DNA of 64,000 nt, from the NCBI GenBank assembly GCA_951406725.2, contig OX597830.1:19282001-19346000 (forward strand). The letters are read 5' to 3'. A model generated the notes under the pieces. It was not told where the DNA came from and ran no database searches. It saw only the letters and a list, made by a program, of their open reading frames with translations. Shown here piece by piece: positions 38,318 through 52,115 of the stretch; position 1 is the stretch's first letter; each line of letters starts with the position of its first letter. The position numbers and the translations under genes were made by a program. Origin of the DNA: Octopus vulgaris. Its lineage: Eukaryota.

Positions 38318-39913
38318 TACAGGACACCACAAATAGACGTAGAACTCTATATATATATATATACAGAGAGAGACACTTATACAGGAGTGGCTGTATGGTG
38401 AGAAACTTGCAGTTGGGATAAAAAAAAGAGAAAAGGCAACACAAGCATAAAAAAGAGGGAATACATTTGCCTCTCAATTGTATTAAATGAATGCTAAATT
38501 TTTTCCCACTTGAGAGGCAAATGTATTCCCTCTTATTTATGCTTGTGTTTCCTTTTCTCTTTTTTTATCCCAACTTTTAAGTGAATTCTCTTATTTATGC
38601 TTTATTTTTATCATGTTTTTTTTTAATCCTATCTTTTAAGTGAAATATACTAAATTTCTTCCTCATGAAATATCCTTGTAAAAGAAGGGAACATCTTATG
38701 TGAGAGTATGTCTTACATGCCAAATGGGGGACTCTCCCATCAAAGATGATGTATAAGTGTTCAACTTTTACCGAGTGACTTGCACAAAGGATTTGTTGAT
38801 CCCTTTCGTTACTGTATTTCTTTTGAGGTTCTCTGTGTTTCTTTCAATTATTCTAAATATAAAAAAAATTTAGCAAAATAACTTAGTTATGATTAAGCTA
38901 GTGTTAGGAACATAAATTGTGACTTGATGGAAGATTTTGATTAAAAACTTATAAAAACAAGACATTTGTACTACAGAGCCAGAACCAGTTTCAGCTGATT
39001 TGGTAACGAAAGGGTTATAGTGATCAAATGTATGAGCTGTGCATTAGCTCACTCTCTCCATCAATTCGACACATGCACTGTTTACCACACATCAGGTGGC
39101 AAAATGATTGCAGAGCAACGTGAGATAGTGTTTTGTTCAAGAACACATTGTATCATCCAGTCTAGGAATTGAAACCACGTTTTTGCAATCAAGAATGCAA
39201 CACCCTAACCACTCAGCCATGTGTTGTCATTATATGCCAAATACCTCTTTTTACTCTTTTACTTGTTTCAGTCATTTGACTGTGGCCATGCTGGAGCACT
39301 GCCTTTAGTCAAGCAAATCGACCCCAGGACTTATTCTTTGTAAGCCTAGTACTTATTCTATCGGTCTCTTTTGCCGAACCGCTAAGTTACAGAGACATAA
39401 ACACACCAGCATCGGTTGTCAAGTGATGTTGGCGGGGGACAAACACAGACACACAAACATATACGCACACATACAGCACGCAAAACGGACGTTAAATGAT
39501 GATGATATATACTTTACTTACTTTTACTTTTTTCAGTCATTTGACTGCGGCCATGCTGGAGCACCGCCTTTTAGTCGTGCAAATCAATCCCGGGACTTAT
39601 TCTTTGTAAGCCCAGTACTTATTCTATCGGGCTCTTTTGCCGAACTGCTAAGTGATGGGGATGTAAACACACCAGCATCGGTTGTCAAGCAATGCTTGGG
39701 GGACAAACACAGACACACACATACATATATACATATATACGACAGGCTTCTTTCAGTTTCCGTCTACCAAATCCATGAGGCTTTGGTCGGCCTGAGGCTA
39801 TAGTAGAAGACACTTGCCCAAGGTACCACGCAGTGGGACTGAACCAGAAGACACTTGCCCAAGGTACCACTCAGTGGGACTAATATTTTTTTTTTTATTA
39901 TTATATTCTTTAG

Positions 39914-40013
39914 GTGAATTCTATGACCTCCCAGAGGGTTTCACAGGTTCTGAGACTTCGGGATCAGCTATTGCTTTGGCATTTTATGATGGATTATGGG
40001 CTTATGATGGATG
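39914..40013 (+). CDS. SLC7A9: SLC7A9-like coding exon 5 (EFYDLPEGFTGSETSGSAIALAFYDGLWAYDGW)
   Basis: ctttag acceptor, gtgagt donor, 100 nt. GLWAYDGW TM6 motif with the Asp typical of b0,+AT. Confidence 0.96.
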
Positions 40014-40857
40014 GTGAGTAATTTTGTCTTAATTTCATTCATTATTATGTTTATGTGTGTTTTTAGTGTTTATGTTTTATGTTTGTTCTCTCCCTGTCGT
40101 TGCTTGGCAACCAGTAATGCTTTGTTTACATCCTTGTAACTTAGCAGTTTGGCAAACAAGAGCAATAGAATAAGTACCAGACTAAAAAAGCAAAAGAAAG
40201 TAAGTTCCCGGGGTCCTTTCGTTTGACTGTACCATTCAAGGTGGCAGCCTCTCAGTATGGTTGCATTCCAATCACTGAAACAAGTTAATAGGAAAAGATG
40301 AAGATGATGGGCCATCAGACAAACATCATCATCATCATCATTGTCGTTACTGCTATCATCATCATCATCATTATCATCATCTTTCTCATAACTGCCATCT
40401 TCAGTATGCTAACGTTTCTTATTTCTTTACTGCCCACAAGAAGCTAAACACAGAAAGGACAAACAAGAACAGACAAAGGAATTAAGTCGATTACATTGAC
40501 CCCAGTGCGTAACTGGTACTTAATTATTCGACTCCAAAAGGATGAAAGGCAGTCGACCTCGGCAGAATTTGAACTCAGAGTGTAAAGACAGATGAAATAC
40601 CTATTTCTTTACTAACCACAAGGGCTAAACTCAGAGGGGAGTCAATGTAATTAACTAGTCCCCTCGCCCAAATTTCAGGCCTTGTTCTTATAGTAGAAAA
40701 GATTATTATTATTGACCCAGTGGTTAGGGTGCTGTACTTATAATCATTTGTGCAGGTCATTCAGTAAAAGCTGAACCCTCATATGTTGTCTTCAATGGGA
40801 GAGTCCATCATCATTATTATCATTGCTATTGTTATTATCATTATTATTATTATTATT

Positions 40858-41412
40858 GAGTGAGAGAGCAGTACATGCCATCAAAGTGACACTGGGGTAA
40901 AATGTACGAAGCTCAGTATACCCATCATGACTACACGTCTGATAAGGGTACACCAGGCACATGCATCACAACCATATGTGCGCAACATAGTGATCTCATA
41001 TCAAGATAAATAATGCATGACCTTGCAGGTAGGGCCCAGTTAGACGTTTCTTTTGGTTGAGTAGACCATCCCACTCAAAAGGTCCCTGAATAAGGATTGT
41101 TTAAGGATGTTGAACAAACCACCCATGTTTCCAAAGGTGAATTATCCAAAACTCTAAGAATTTTTTTCAACACACGGCTATGATGCTCCCCCACTACTTC
41201 TGCTCGTGATCAGAGATGCACATATCGTCAGCCACTAAGGGACATGGTCAACTGGTTAAGGTCAAACAACTGACAAGCAAATCTGTGGTATTGAGCAGAA
41301 TATTTGCTGTAGCCCATCTTTTATACCAAGACAAAACAATGTACATGATAACACTTCCAATCAGTTAAGATCAGAAGCCATGAGAGCCACTGCCTGGTAC
41401 TGCATCAGGGCA
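40858..41412. repeat. Probable interspersed repeat of unknown class
   Basis: ~550-bp balanced-GC block flanked by (ATT)n on both sides. Only one copy in the window, so repeat status is inferred. Confidence 0.45.
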
Positions 41413-42071
41413 TACATTATTATTATCATTATTATTAGATTGGAGTTTGTTGCTCAGGTGGTCTACATTATTTCCATTTCTCTCTCCCTCTCTCTCTTTA
41501 TCTTTTTGTGTTTTGCCTAGTCTTCCTACTTCTTCAAGACAAGAGGCTCTGAAGTGATTCTTACTATGCCACATGTTTCAACCAGGCATTTGGCCCTGTA
41601 TTGTTAATCTTAAGCCCTTTTGTACACAGTTCTATTATGGAACTGTAGGGTTATGAGTGCTTGGAAACCCATTTTAATACCTACTGACCACATGCAGCCT
41701 CTTATTAGGGCTGCTTTCACTATTAACCCATACTGTGATACAAAAATAATTACTAGCCATAGATTGGCATCGTTTCTGATATCTTTTATTGTCACTCTTG
41801 TATTTCTTTGCTCCCATGTATTGGGGGTACAAATGTACAGCCAGATGTGTGTCCCAAACTTTCAGCCTGTGATTTGGATGATTCTTTAATTTCAAAAGCA
41901 TAATAGGATTTAACCCAAAAGAAAGCAAAGAGAAAAAATGTATACTTGAAAGGCAAAGAAGCCTCTATAATTAAATAATTTATAAATTAAATAATTTATG
42001 TCTGTCTCAAAATTAATTATTAATAACTTCCACTTTTTCTATCTTTTCCTTTTATTTTTTTTCCAAAACAG

Positions 42072-42116
42072 GAATAACCTCAATTATGCCATAGAGGAAC
42101 TTAAAAATCCATACAG
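42072..42116 (+). CDS. SLC7A9: SLC7A9-like coding exon 6 (NNLNYAIEELKNPYR)
   Basis: aaacag acceptor, gtttgt donor, 45 nt. LNyxxEELxNP motif. Confidence 0.93.
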
Positions 42117-42729
42117 GTTTGTACAGGTTACAAATTTTCTACTTGAGATTTTCTTTATATTTTCTTTATATGATATGTTAAGAATTTACCAGTTTCTCTC
42201 TTTTGTTAATTTTAATTAAAAATTTTTCACAGGACACAGAAGCTCTTATTCTTTGTAGAATAAGAGCATCTGTAAAATAAAATGTACATACACACATCTG
42301 TGCATGTATGTATATATGTGTGTGTGCCTATATATATATCCTCCTCATCATCATCATCGTTGTTTAACATCCGCTTTCCATTCTAGCATGGGATGGACAG
42401 TTTGACTGTGGGCTGGCAAACCAGGTGGCTGCACCAAGCTCCAGTCTTGATCTGGCAGAGTTTCTATAGCTAGATGCCCTTCCTAACGCCAACCACTCCG
42501 AGAGTGTAGTGGGTGCTTTTACGTGCCACTGGCATGAGTGCCAGTCAGGCGGAGCAAAATGCCCCCCCCCCCCCGGTCCAATGGACGGTGCTGAGTTGTC
42601 AAACATTTAAAGCAAACTTTCTCAAAACAACTTGTCTGACCATCCCATAGGCCTCCCCTTTGAGAAACACTGATTTAACCTAAATTTGAGACACCAGCAA
42701 AAGAAGAAATAAAGATAGACTTTTTTTTC

Positions 42730-42939
42730 TATTCCAAGAAAAACGATTTTACAAATGCACGTTCCCACGGCTTTATCGATCGCATTCTCGCCTGGAATCG
42801 ATTTTTGTAATTTTTTTCAAGACATATACACGCCCTGATACCTTCGGTATCTATGTATCAAATTTGAGTGCAATTGGATGCTCGAGATCCTAGAAGACAC
42901 AAGCACACAGACAGACAGAACGGATTTTATATAATAGAT
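42730..42939 (-). mobile_element. Helitron-like 5' portion; a Helitron-like 3' end (ccgggcaaggcc...CTAGT) lies at ~51880-51910
   Basis: Reverse complement starts TCTATTATATAAAATCCGTTCTGTCTGTCTG. Confidence 0.5.
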
Positions 42940-42955
42940 ATGTACATACATAAAC

Positions 42956-43004
<49 letters not shown>

Positions 43005-43237
43005 AGTCCACCTGAGATGACCCCTGGTTTTATGACACAAACATCCTGTGTTAATGTTGTCAAATTAAAATCTTCCATTAAAATTTTTCTGAATTTAACC
43101 TTTAAACACAAGCTTCATGACAAAATTACTTTAACAGATTTTTCATAATTTTAAAAATTAATTGAAACAAAATTAGTCTATTTCGACAGAAATATAACAA
43201 AATGGCTAATGAAAAGATGAGTGGTAGTACCTATAAT

Positions 43238-43581
43238 GAAGGTGCATGGCTCAGTGGTTAGAGCGTCGAGCTTACGATCGCAAGGTTGTGAGTTCGAATC
43301 CTGGATCCTGGACCGGGCTGCGTGTTGTGTTCTTGAGCAAGACACTTTAATTCATGTTGCTCCAGTTCACTCAGCTGTAGAAATGAGTTGCGACATCACA
43401 GGTGCCAATCTGTATCGGCCCCTTTGCCTTTCCCTTGGATAACACTGGTGGTGTGGAGAGGGGGCAGTATGCATGGGCGACTGCTGGTCTTCCATAAGCA
43501 ACCTTGCCTGGACTTGTGCCTGGGAGGGCGACTTTCTAGGTGCAATCCCATGGTCTGTGTCGTGACCGAAGGGGGTCTCAG
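43238..43581 (+). mobile_element. tRNA-derived SINE family D; inverted copy at 35266-35591
   Basis: tggctcagtggttagagc ... gagttcgaatcc head; shared end gaccgaagggggtctc. Confidence 0.85.
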
Positions 43582-44282
43582 ATCAGTACCTATAATCTTT
43601 GTAGGATCTCTGAAACTTATGCATGAAGGTAAGGAAGGAGCTTGACTCATGGGTTAGTAATAACTTCTATGTTGTCCCCTGTAACTTAGCAGTTTGGCAA
43701 AAGCGACCGATAGAATAAGTACTAGGCTTACAAAGAATAAATCTTGAGGTGGATTTGCTTGACTAAAGGCGGTGCTCCAGTACGGCCACAGTCAAATGAC
43801 TGAAACAAGTAACAAAGATCTTTATTTAAATACCGATCTTATGAAGTGGCCAGCATGGAAATAAAAACCTTCAAAGGTAATAATTATTATTAAAATTATA
43901 ATTTAGGGTATCTAAGAGATACCACCATGCTGGAAAGAGCAGCCAAAACTTGACTCTAAAATCACATTAAACGTTCATACAGCACCAGCAGAGAAGACAA
44001 AAACATATATATGCATACGTGCATATATATGTATGTATGCAACGTGCAGACAGGACTATTCTGGAGACCCAGCCAGCAAATATGTGTGTTCAGCAAGTGC
44101 TTGCGGTGAAGAAGAGAGAGAATCTGTTTGTTGGGCCCTTATATCCAGTTTGCCATCACGAGCCTTGTTGTGATCTCGCGCATGGCAAATGGATGCAGGT
44201 GAGATCTCGCTCCAGTCTCGGAGAAGGCAATGGCTGTGGGTGAGATCTCATCCAATATGACGCTGACTGCTTGTGCCGCTAC

Positions 44283-44339
<57 letters not shown>

Positions 44340-44435
44340 TAATCTAAACATGAACAAAGAGAAAACACAACAACGTGAGGATGTGGAATAAGCATAGTGT
44401 TATTGGATGCTCAGGAAAGGAAAGAAAGAAGGAGG

Positions 44436-44470
44436 ATGTAACGTTTCGAGCAGAGCTCTTCGTCAGAAAT
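44436..44470 (-). ncRNA. Minimal hammerhead-like motif, third family
   Basis: Reverse complement: attt-CTGACGA-a-gagc-tct-gctc-GAAA-CG-TT. Degenerate relatives at 18163-18198 (+) and 47335-47372 (+). Confidence 0.6.
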
Positions 44471-45581
44471 ATAGAAAAAAAGAAAAAGTTCAAAGAAGGG
44501 AAGACGGAGAAAGAAAATCGCCAATGATACACACGCAGTCACACACACACACACACACATTTTTAACTGTAAATTTAATTTGTATTTGATTGCATTACAA
44601 AAGGCATGTGATTTTTTTTACTTTTTAAGTGTCCTATGTTAATGCAATTCTGAGCTTGACATAAACCTGCTTATTACTGGAAGCTGATAGATTATGTCCC
44701 AAATATATATATACAAAGTATGGGGCTTTAGTTCACAGGTGATCTAAACGATTAGGTATGCTAGGTAAGTGCTGTAATGGATTACTAGGGCTCCAAGGTT
44801 ATAGCTGAGAGGGTAGTTAGGGAGCCATTGCAGATTTCCGATGCAGTGGATGTATAATTGTTAAACAGGACAGGAAACATTAAGGCAAGACAAACATCTC
44901 AAGATGTATACAATATTATTATTCATTTCATTTATTCATTTACTTGTTTCAGTCATTTGACTGCGGCCATGCTGGAGCACCGCCTTTAGTCGAGGAAATC
45001 GACCCCAGGACTTATTCTTTGTAAGCCTAGTACTTATTCTATCGGTCTCCTTTGCCGAACCGCTAAGTTACGGGGACGTAAACACATCATCATCGGTTGT
45101 CAAGCGATGTTGGGGGAGGGGGCAAACACAACACACAAACATACACATATATATATACACATATATACGACGGGCTTCTTTCAGTTTCCATCTGCCAAAT
45201 CCACTCATAAGGCTTTGGTCGGCCTGAGGCTATAGCAGAAGACACTTGCCCAAGGTACCATGCAGTGGGACTGAACCCGGAACCATGTGGTTCATAAGCA
45301 AGCTATTTACCACACAGCTACTCCTACGCCTATTATAGGAACAAATTTAAAATCTTACAGCTCTTTCATGGATATATGCAGGATTGCACCTAAGAACTTA
45401 CACTCATGGATCTGCACGGGATTGCACATACAGACTCATGCTCAGGCTTCTATAACTTCGGGAAGTTGAACTATGAACTTTTATGCTTCTGTTTTCTTCT
45501 TTCTTTCCATCTCCTTATTCTTTTACTCCTTCTTCTATATTGTCATCTTATTAATATATACCATTCTCATTTTCCATATTT

Positions 45582-45637
45582 GTCTCTGATGACAGAATAT
45601 TCCATATTCAGGGATGTCACAGAAACAGCTGTAAGAT
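45582..45637 (+). ncRNA. Degenerate hammerhead-like motif related to 34732
   Basis: tct-CTGATGA-...-GAAACAGCTGTA-aga; stem II poorly defined. Confidence 0.5.
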
Positions 45638-45744
45638 TTTGAATTTCTCCCTATAATAATATTGTATATAACTTGAGATGTTTGCCTTGCCTTTATGTTA
45701 GCTGTCCTGTTTAACAATTATATACTCTTTTACTTGTTTCAGTC

Positions 45745-45794
<50 letters not shown>

Positions 45795-45974
45795 TTACAA
45801 GGGTGTATGGAAAATTTCTTGGCTTTAAGGGTATCGCAAAAGGCCTGGCTTGAAACCCAACTTCCCGAGTTCTTTTACAAGGTTAGAAAAACTGAAGGAC
45901 TGCTGCAATAAGTGTTTGAATCTGAGATGGGAGTATGTTGGATAAAATCATAATTAACTGATACTCCTTTATTT

Positions 45975-46870
45975 TAAATAATAATAATAATAATGAAATT
46001 ATTGTATACAGTGCTCAGGTGCACCACAATTTGTCAAAAGTGTGTATAAAGCATATTCAGTTATGTACGAATGTCTGGAAAGCGAACAGTGTATGAGTCA
46101 GACACATGCTTGCATGTGTATGGAGGGGAGAAAATCAGGTGTAGTGTTGGTGAATCTCAGGAAGCATGGAAGTTTTCAAGGATGCAGTGCTCCAACAACT
46201 AACAACTGATGCCGGCAGTTTGTTCCATACTTCAGCAAATCTTAGTGTGAAAAAATGTTTCCGAAAGTTATGGGAGCTGTGCTGTTTTCTGACTTTGTAA
46301 ACATGTCCACAGGTGTTAGACAGGTGGAGTTTGAAAAGATGCTCAGAGTTATTGTTTGTAAGATGGTTAGTAATTTTATGGGTGTGTGCCAAGTCATCAG
46401 CCAGACGTTGGTGTTTCAATGTATCCATGCCCAGGGAAGTAAGGCGTTCAAAATATGGCAAATGCCTAATGGATGGTATTCTCTTGGTTGCACGTTGCTG
46501 AATGGTTTCCAGACGATTCATATCCTGGGCAAGATAGGGGTTCCAGACCGGTGAGGCAAATTCCAGGTGAGGCCGCACCATAGCTATATAAAGCCACAGA
46601 TAGATAGCCGGAGAGTGGCTCACAAAGGACTTGGTGAGTGATGCCAAGACACCCTTAGCCTTTTTGGTAATTTTAGCAATGTGTTTTGTCCAACGCAAAT
46701 CGCTGTCGGCAATAATGCCAAGGTCACATTCAAAAGAAGACTTTTTGAGATTAGCGGAAGTAAGTAGACGCTGGGTTTTTCCTCCCCAAATGCATGGTGG
46801 TACATTTGTCCACAGCCAGCTTGAGTTGCCAGTCCATGATCCACTGCTGCATAGTGTCCAGGTCTGATTT
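45975..46870 (-). mobile_element. CR1-like LINE 3' fragment
   Basis: ORF 46135-46698: VRPHLEFASPVWNPY...FFTLRFAEVWNKLP; (TTA)n tail. Confidence 0.9.
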
Positions 46871-47002
46871 CAAAGCCAGAAACTTTTCAGCCCCACCCCT
46901 TGTGTATACACACACACACACACATGCACACACACATACATGCCAAAAACTATAAGTTATTCCTCCTTTGTAAAATACATGTATTCTGATATTTCGTTAT
47001 AG

Positions 47003-47126
47003 AAATTTACCACTGGCAATAATAATTGGGATTCCCCTTGTCACCGTTCTGTATCTTCTGACGAATGTCTCATATCTGGCTGTTATGACAAAAAGGGAGC
47101 TCTTACGGTCAGCTACAGTCGGTGGG
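47003..47126 (+). CDS. SLC7A9: SLC7A9-like coding exon 7 ([41 protein letters not shown])
   Basis: ttatag acceptor, gtatgt donor, 124 nt. [14 protein letters not shown] motif. Not in the ORF track; found by manual translation. Confidence 0.95.
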
Positions 47127-47439
47127 GTATGTTGTTCTTTGCTTTCCTATCAAACTAAATATTGAATGTATTGACATTGAGGATAAATGCATTTACACCA
47201 TGCATTTCAGTTTAAGTTTCTCTGCCTCTACAGTCAAAGATGTATGGCACCTTACATACATACACACACACACACATGCACTCACATACCAAGCATATAT
47301 ACTCCTGCTTTTATTTTTTCTTTCCTCCGTCTGACTTTCTGAAAAAGAGTGTAAGCTCAAAATATTAAAGACACTTTACTTTTCTTATCTCTCATTCTGT
47401 GTCAAACTAATTATCACTTTGTCTTGTCATTATTCTCAT

Positions 47440-47582
47440 CAATAATATTCAACAGAGTCCTCTGCTCAGTGATCTGGTGGGGACTGAGGAAGCTGGAAGT
47501 AAATGAATGGCTTGTGAAAGCTGTACAAACCATGTACAGGGGTATTGACAAGAGGGTGAAAGTTAGCGACAGTTATAGTGAA
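47440..47582 (+). mobile_element. Short RTE RT fragment
   Basis: FNRVLCSVIWWGLRKLEVNEWLVKAVQTMY resembles the AFDRVPRxxxWWALRKLGVxEW motif. Confidence 0.7.
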
Positions 47583-48689
47583 AGCATGTGGCATAGTGGT
47601 AAGAGTGTTGCATGCATGATTGCCAGATTACAGGTTCAGTTCCTGGAACAGGTGACATGTGTTCTTGAGTAAAACACTTCAAGTTTCTCTAGTGCTATGT
47701 GGAGACTGGCATGTCAAAGAATATTTCCATATTCTCATATTGACTGGCATGTCAAAGAGCATCTATATTTCCTCTGCATGTCATAAAAGGTGACTAAAAG
47801 AGATTGAAATAGTATTTGAACACTGGGGTTGTTTAATTGACTAAGAGGGTAGTGAAATCAGTACTTGATCTATTTGAGGGCTTACTAGAAACTGATGAAG
47901 AAATTTAAAGACCTGTACCATGTTAAGCCATTGACAAGCAATGAAATGTAGATTGGGGAAGTGGAGACACTCATAATATCAAAATAATTTCGAACATCAA
48001 AACACAATGAAAAAATGTAATGCAGTGCTTAGCACCTGATACACAGATCAGGATGAACAAATTACATAGAACTCTGTTACCTTTGGGGCACTGTTTTACA
48101 TGGGTTGCTATTTCAGAGCAGTAAATGTTGGTTTTAATGTTGGGCAGTTACTTTCTGGTATTGGTGACATAGCCATTGATTATACAGTAGTTAAAAACTG
48201 TTATTTAGTAGCTCAATATGATACAATCTAAATAATAGTCTGCTTGTTTGTTTGACCATTAGACTTTAGTTAGTTAGAAAGGTGGAGTAAAAGTGAGAGG
48301 GGGCAGGAGAAGAAATGTGAGTAGAAAAGAAAGAAGAGAGGAGTATAATAATACACTAAGGCCAAATGCATCACATGGTTAGTTGAAGGGAGAGGTGAAG
48401 AGTGAGAGAAAAAGATGAGAGAAAAGTGGGAGAGAGAAGTGGTAATGATGTACTGTAGGGTGGGGAAGGAAAGGTGAAGAAAAAGAGAGAAATGTTATGA
48501 AGAGGGGAATTACATGGTTAAAAAGTTTGTTGAAGAAGAGAGGAATAGAAATTTGAAGTTCTTAGCAGAGGGAAGTTTTAAAATCATATAATGTATTATT
48601 GGGACAGGAAGTGAAATAATTTGGTAAAATAAAATTAAAAATCATCCTTTCTTTCTTAAATAGCTTCTCTTATCTTTTTTTGTTCTGTG

Positions 48690-48987
48690 GAATTTCTGTG
48701 GAATCTCGGTTGCAAGATGACGCTTTGGCGAAACATCATGAAGTGGAAGCTACGGTTCTTTGGCCACGTCATACGCCGGGATGGACTTGAGCGAACGATC
48801 ATAACTGGCAATGTGAACGGCAGATGTAAAAGAGGCAGACCACCCACTTCTTGGCTAAAAGACATTGCAGTCACAGGATTGTCTTTATTCTCAGCTGACC
48901 ATTGGGTAAAGGACAGGATAAGGGGGCAAGATATTATGATGACCACAGCATTGCATAGTGCGACGCCTGACTAGGATGATGATGATA
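48690..48987 (+). mobile_element. RTE LINE 3' fragment with (GAT)n tail
   Basis: KLRFFGHVIRRDGLERTIITGNVNGRCKRGRPPTSW. Confidence 0.85.
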
Positions 48988-49042
48988 GAATTTCCACAGA
49001 TGCCACTAGTATAATATATAATATAATATTTGACTGAAGAAA

Positions 49043-49259
49043 AGGCGGCAAGCTGGCAGAAGCGTTAGCACGCTGGACGAAATGCTTAGTGGTATTTCAT
49101 GTGTCTTTATGTTCTGAGTTCAAATTGCACCAAGGTCGACTTTGCCTTTCGTTCTTTTTGGGTCGATAAATTAAGTATCAGTAGTGTACTGGGGTTGATC
49201 TAATCGACTGGCCCCCACCCCAAAAATTTCGGGCCTTGTGCCTAGAGTAGAAAAGAATA
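49043..49259 (+). mobile_element. SINE family B
   Basis: ggcgg..agctggcaga head, gagttcaaat B box, body gtcgactttgcctttc..ggtcgataaattaagta. Copies at 541-753(-), 10652-10852(-), 30889-31105(+), 63850-64000(+), 21885-22075(+), 22381-22490(-), 40415-40700. Confidence 0.85.
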
Positions 49260-49389
49260 TTTGATTGATGAAATACTTCAAGGTAGTGAGCAGCATGGCC
49301 AGAGTCTAATAACTGGAATAACTAAAGAGTGAATGGGTATTTCTGTTCATCTGACCACCTGTCTGTATTTGTTTACCTCTGTCTCCATA

Positions 49390-49593
49390 CAGGGTGGCCC
49401 AAAATTAGGTTTACAGTTATTCAAATATCTCTTTCACATTCATATATTAAAAGTTTAGATCTTAATTAAGAAAAAAATATGAAACCATTATTCTTTGCTA
49501 ATTTAGTTAATTGTAAGATAGAAATTTAAATGTAATAACATGTTTTAAAAGAAATTTAAAGTGCCTATGTGATAACTGTAAACCCACACCCTG
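49390..49593. mobile_element. Tc1-like MITE
   Basis: TA|CAGGGTG...gtttacagttat ... ataactgtaaac...CACCCTG|TA. Confidence 0.7.
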
Positions 49594-50014
49594 TATATCT
49601 GTGTTGGTCTGGTTATTTTCATCTATCTCTATCTGTCTGTCTGTCAGTCCACCTGTCTGCCTATCTGTCTGTCTGTCTTTCAGCTTCTCTCTCTGTGTCT
49701 GTCTGTCAGTCTATCTCTGTTTATCAGTCACTCTCTCTATCCATCTCTGTCTATCTATCAATTTATCCCTGTTCCTCTATCTTCTGTTGTCTGTCTTTTT
49801 CCATAATAAATTTTTTAAAATGTACACAGTTACAAATTTATATTTATTTACATGACGTTCAGGTCTGATAGTTCCTGCACCCCACCACAAGGTTTGGATA
49901 TGTTCTATGTTGTTTTTGTTCTTCTTTTTAATTAATCAGTCAAACACAAAACAAAAAACAAACGAAAAAATTCTTCAAGATGCAAATTTCTAAAGAATAC
50001 TTATTTTTTTCCAG

Positions 50015-50118
50015 TTATGGGCTGATCGAGTTCTTGGGGTTGCTGCCATTATAATACCAATTTCTGTGGCTATGTCAACGTTTGGCGCAGCAAATGGATC
50101 TTGTTTCACAGGTGGGCG
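50015..50118 (+). CDS. SLC7A9: SLC7A9-like coding exon 8 (LWADRVLGVAAIIIPISVAMSTFGAANGSCFTGGR)
   Basis: tttccag acceptor, gtgagt donor, 104 nt. STFGAANG TM8 motif. Confidence 0.95.
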
Positions 50119-50351
50119 GTGAGTATAAGTTTCTAGCCCATATTTTGTTTCATGTTAATAATGGGAATGAAGATGATAACAATGAGTATATTAGTGAAGA
50201 TGGAGGTGGGGATGATGAGAAAGTGACGATGGTGGTGTTGAAGATGATGTCAATGATGATGGTAATGGCAGTGAAGTTTATTACATGATTATCAGAATAT
50301 TTTCCTATTTTCTGCATGTACGTTCTTGCATTTTATCTGGAGCGATGTAGT

Positions 50352-50620
50352 TTGTCTGTTGATGCGACGAAGACCATCTAGTCATCCTGGGGTGGAGGTG
50401 GGCTTCTTTTGTGAGTCCACAGATGGCTAGTGAGGCCAATCTGTGCCCAAAAGAGTCTTTGACAGTGTGGACAGGGAATGGTAGTGTCTGCTACAGGGTT
50501 GTTAGCTCTGTTCTTCCTGGCTTGTCTGCGGTCTTCTGCAGCAGCTATCCTATTGGTCTCGCATGTGTTGGCACCCTTGTTGACAGCTGATATGGGTCTC
50601 AAATGCTGATAGAACGCCAG
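50352..50620 (-). mobile_element. RTE-type LINE 3' end with C2H2 motif
   Basis: IPCPHCQRLFWAQIGLTSHLWTH. Confidence 0.8.
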
Positions 50621-51922
50621 CAATGTTATGTACTGGAGTCAATCTGATCAGTTATACCTGTTCTCCAAAATGTGAGGCCTTGGGAAACATTATCATCAGT
50701 GGCACTGATGTGCCATAGATTACTGTCAGGATGGGTGAATTCTTAACAATAACATATTGTCCTTTCAAAAATGTCTCCAGGTGAAGTTAGGTTTCACAGA
50801 GTAAAGACGCAATTTATATATTGTCATTTTTTTGTTTGTTTTGTAATTGTTTTTAATGCTAATACATTCAGAGAACAAATATAGTTTCCAACTTTGGCAA
50901 AAGGTCAGCAGTCATGGGGGAAAGGATGTAGAAATTATTCTACTAATACCAATAATCATTAATTTATTATTTTCACCTGCCAATTTTATATTCATTATCA
51001 TAATAGTTATAGGTACAATTATATCTCTATCAAGGTAAAGAAAAGTGGAAGAGAGGCAGAGAGTTTCACAGTGTCTAAACAAAAAAAAAAAAAAAAAGGG
51101 AAAGACAAAGTGGGAGAGAGAGAGAAAGTGACGACGTTCATAAAAAATAAAATGTAAAATATCTTGTTTTTTTCTTAAACACGAGATATAGTGTTAAAAT
51201 TTAGGATGTTTTTGAAAGACACTATATTTTATAATCATAGTATATATACTTTCTCACACAACAATTACAATATATTTATTTTAAATCATTTATTTATTTT
51301 AAATCGTTCATCTTTCTCCCTCCCTCTCTCTCACACACACATTACTTTGGGTGCGAAAGAGTTTTGTTTTTATTTTACGCTGAGTAAAAAAGTGTTTTGT
51401 TGAGAATCCAATTATTTAACAACAAAGAAACAAAGAGGTGAATAACAGTTTGTCAGTGAATTACACAATATAAATGGGTACAATTTCCGAAGCTTCCACC
51501 ACACCCCACTCCATTTCATGGACCACGAAAAGGGTTTTGTAGCATATTAGGAGGCCAGAGTAGTTGCTTCCACGCAAAAAAAAAAAAAAAATTTTTTCTT
51601 AGTGAAAATCGTGCGAGTGTTAATCTACATATTTAACAACATTTTTTCCCATTCATTTCTGTTTATGAACATGTATGCGTGCACAAAACATGCAATAGGT
51701 GTACGTACGTATGTGTGTTCGTGTGTGTTGCCCATATATATTTATATAATATATATATAATAAATATTATATATATATAATATAACCAATTTCAAAGGAT
51801 TTCGCCCAAATTTGACGTCGATATTACTTAGTTTGGTTTGAAATAAAGAACTTGATTAGCTTAATAATCGAAACTTAATCCCGGGCAAGGCCATGTTATA
51901 TACTGCTAGTACATATATATAT

Positions 51923-52001
<79 letters not shown>

Positions 52002-52115
52002 ATGTATATCTTTAAGTTTTGTCATCTTATTGGAATTGGAAAATTAATTGTTGGTGGATTAATTCAGAATTTGATTTCTTTTAATGCTATTCTTGTAGTT
52101 ACTGTTATATACATA

